This document shows, in pieces, positions 63,700-64,000 of a stretch of 64,000 bases of DNA. Every line of letters starts with the position of its first letter. Position 1 is the stretch's first letter. Below the pieces are notes generated by a model. That model searched no databases, was not told the DNA's origin, and saw only the letters and a program-made list of their open reading frames with translations. The position numbers and the translations under genes are program-made. Location: assembly GCF_001194135.2 (NCBI RefSeq), contig NC_068989.1:21758036-21822035 (forward strand), written 5' to 3'. The DNA comes from Octopus bimaculoides (lineage: Eukaryota).

Positions 63700-64000
63700 A
63701 AGTCCTGATGTGGCTGGGGAGTTAAGCTTGATTCCCAACCATGTGGTCTTGGGTTCAGTCTGCACGATTTGGTACATGGAAACAGAAAGAAGCCTGTAGT
63801 GCGTGTGTGTGTGTTTGTCACTCACCACTGCATGACAACTGGTGTTGGTTTGTTTATGTCTCCATAGCTTAACAGTTTGGTAATAGAAAGTGATAGAATT
63901 CGCTTAAAAAAATAAATATTGGGGTTGATTTGTTTGACTTAAAGCCTTCAAAGCAGTGTCCCAGCATGACCACAGTCCAATGACTGAAACATGATAAAAG
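63700..64000 (+). mobile_element. SINE family A (diverged)
   Basis: cccaaccatgtggtcttgggttcagtc head and cccagcatgaccacagtccaatgactgaaac tail. Confidence 0.7.

Noticed and set aside
1-64000. Most other ORFs in the supplied track (60-190 aa)
   Set aside because: They run through N gaps, microsatellites or SINE consensus (e.g. recurring DGLLSVSVYQIHSQGFGRPEAIVEDTCPRC is SINE A read in frame) and have no protein-family signal.

Overview
AT-rich, repeat-dense metazoan genomic scaffold. The SINE families look like Octopus (coleoid cephalopod), which is an inference. The draft assembly has many 10-N gaps flanked by duplicated sequence. The only solid protein-coding gene is a minus-strand ethanolaminephosphotransferase 1 (EPT1/SELENOI orthologue, CDP-alcohol phosphotransferase). 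I reconstructed seven consecutive in-phase GT-AG coding exons by hand (34749-34817, 33241-33433, 28720-28982, 20798-20909, 16487-16535, 6785-6965, 3757-3998), about 350 codons. The last of these exons is interrupted by an assembly-gap duplication. I did not find the first coding exon or the terminal exon (which carries Sec in vertebrates). A CpG-rich housekeeping-type promoter lies at about 40.45-40.64 kb. The rest is mostly transposon-derived: a non-autonomous Merlin (IS1595/ISXO2-like) element with long TIRs and an 8-bp TSD, three mariner relics, one DD37D/maT-like relic, two MITEs, RTE-type LINE fragments, at least five SINE families, and micro/minisatellites. Nearly all ORFs in the supplied track are spurious. 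I see no convincing novel multi-gene system. The best leads are the Sec status of this gene, the Merlin derivative, intronic fold-back structures, and a long plus-strand frame broken by a single TGA.
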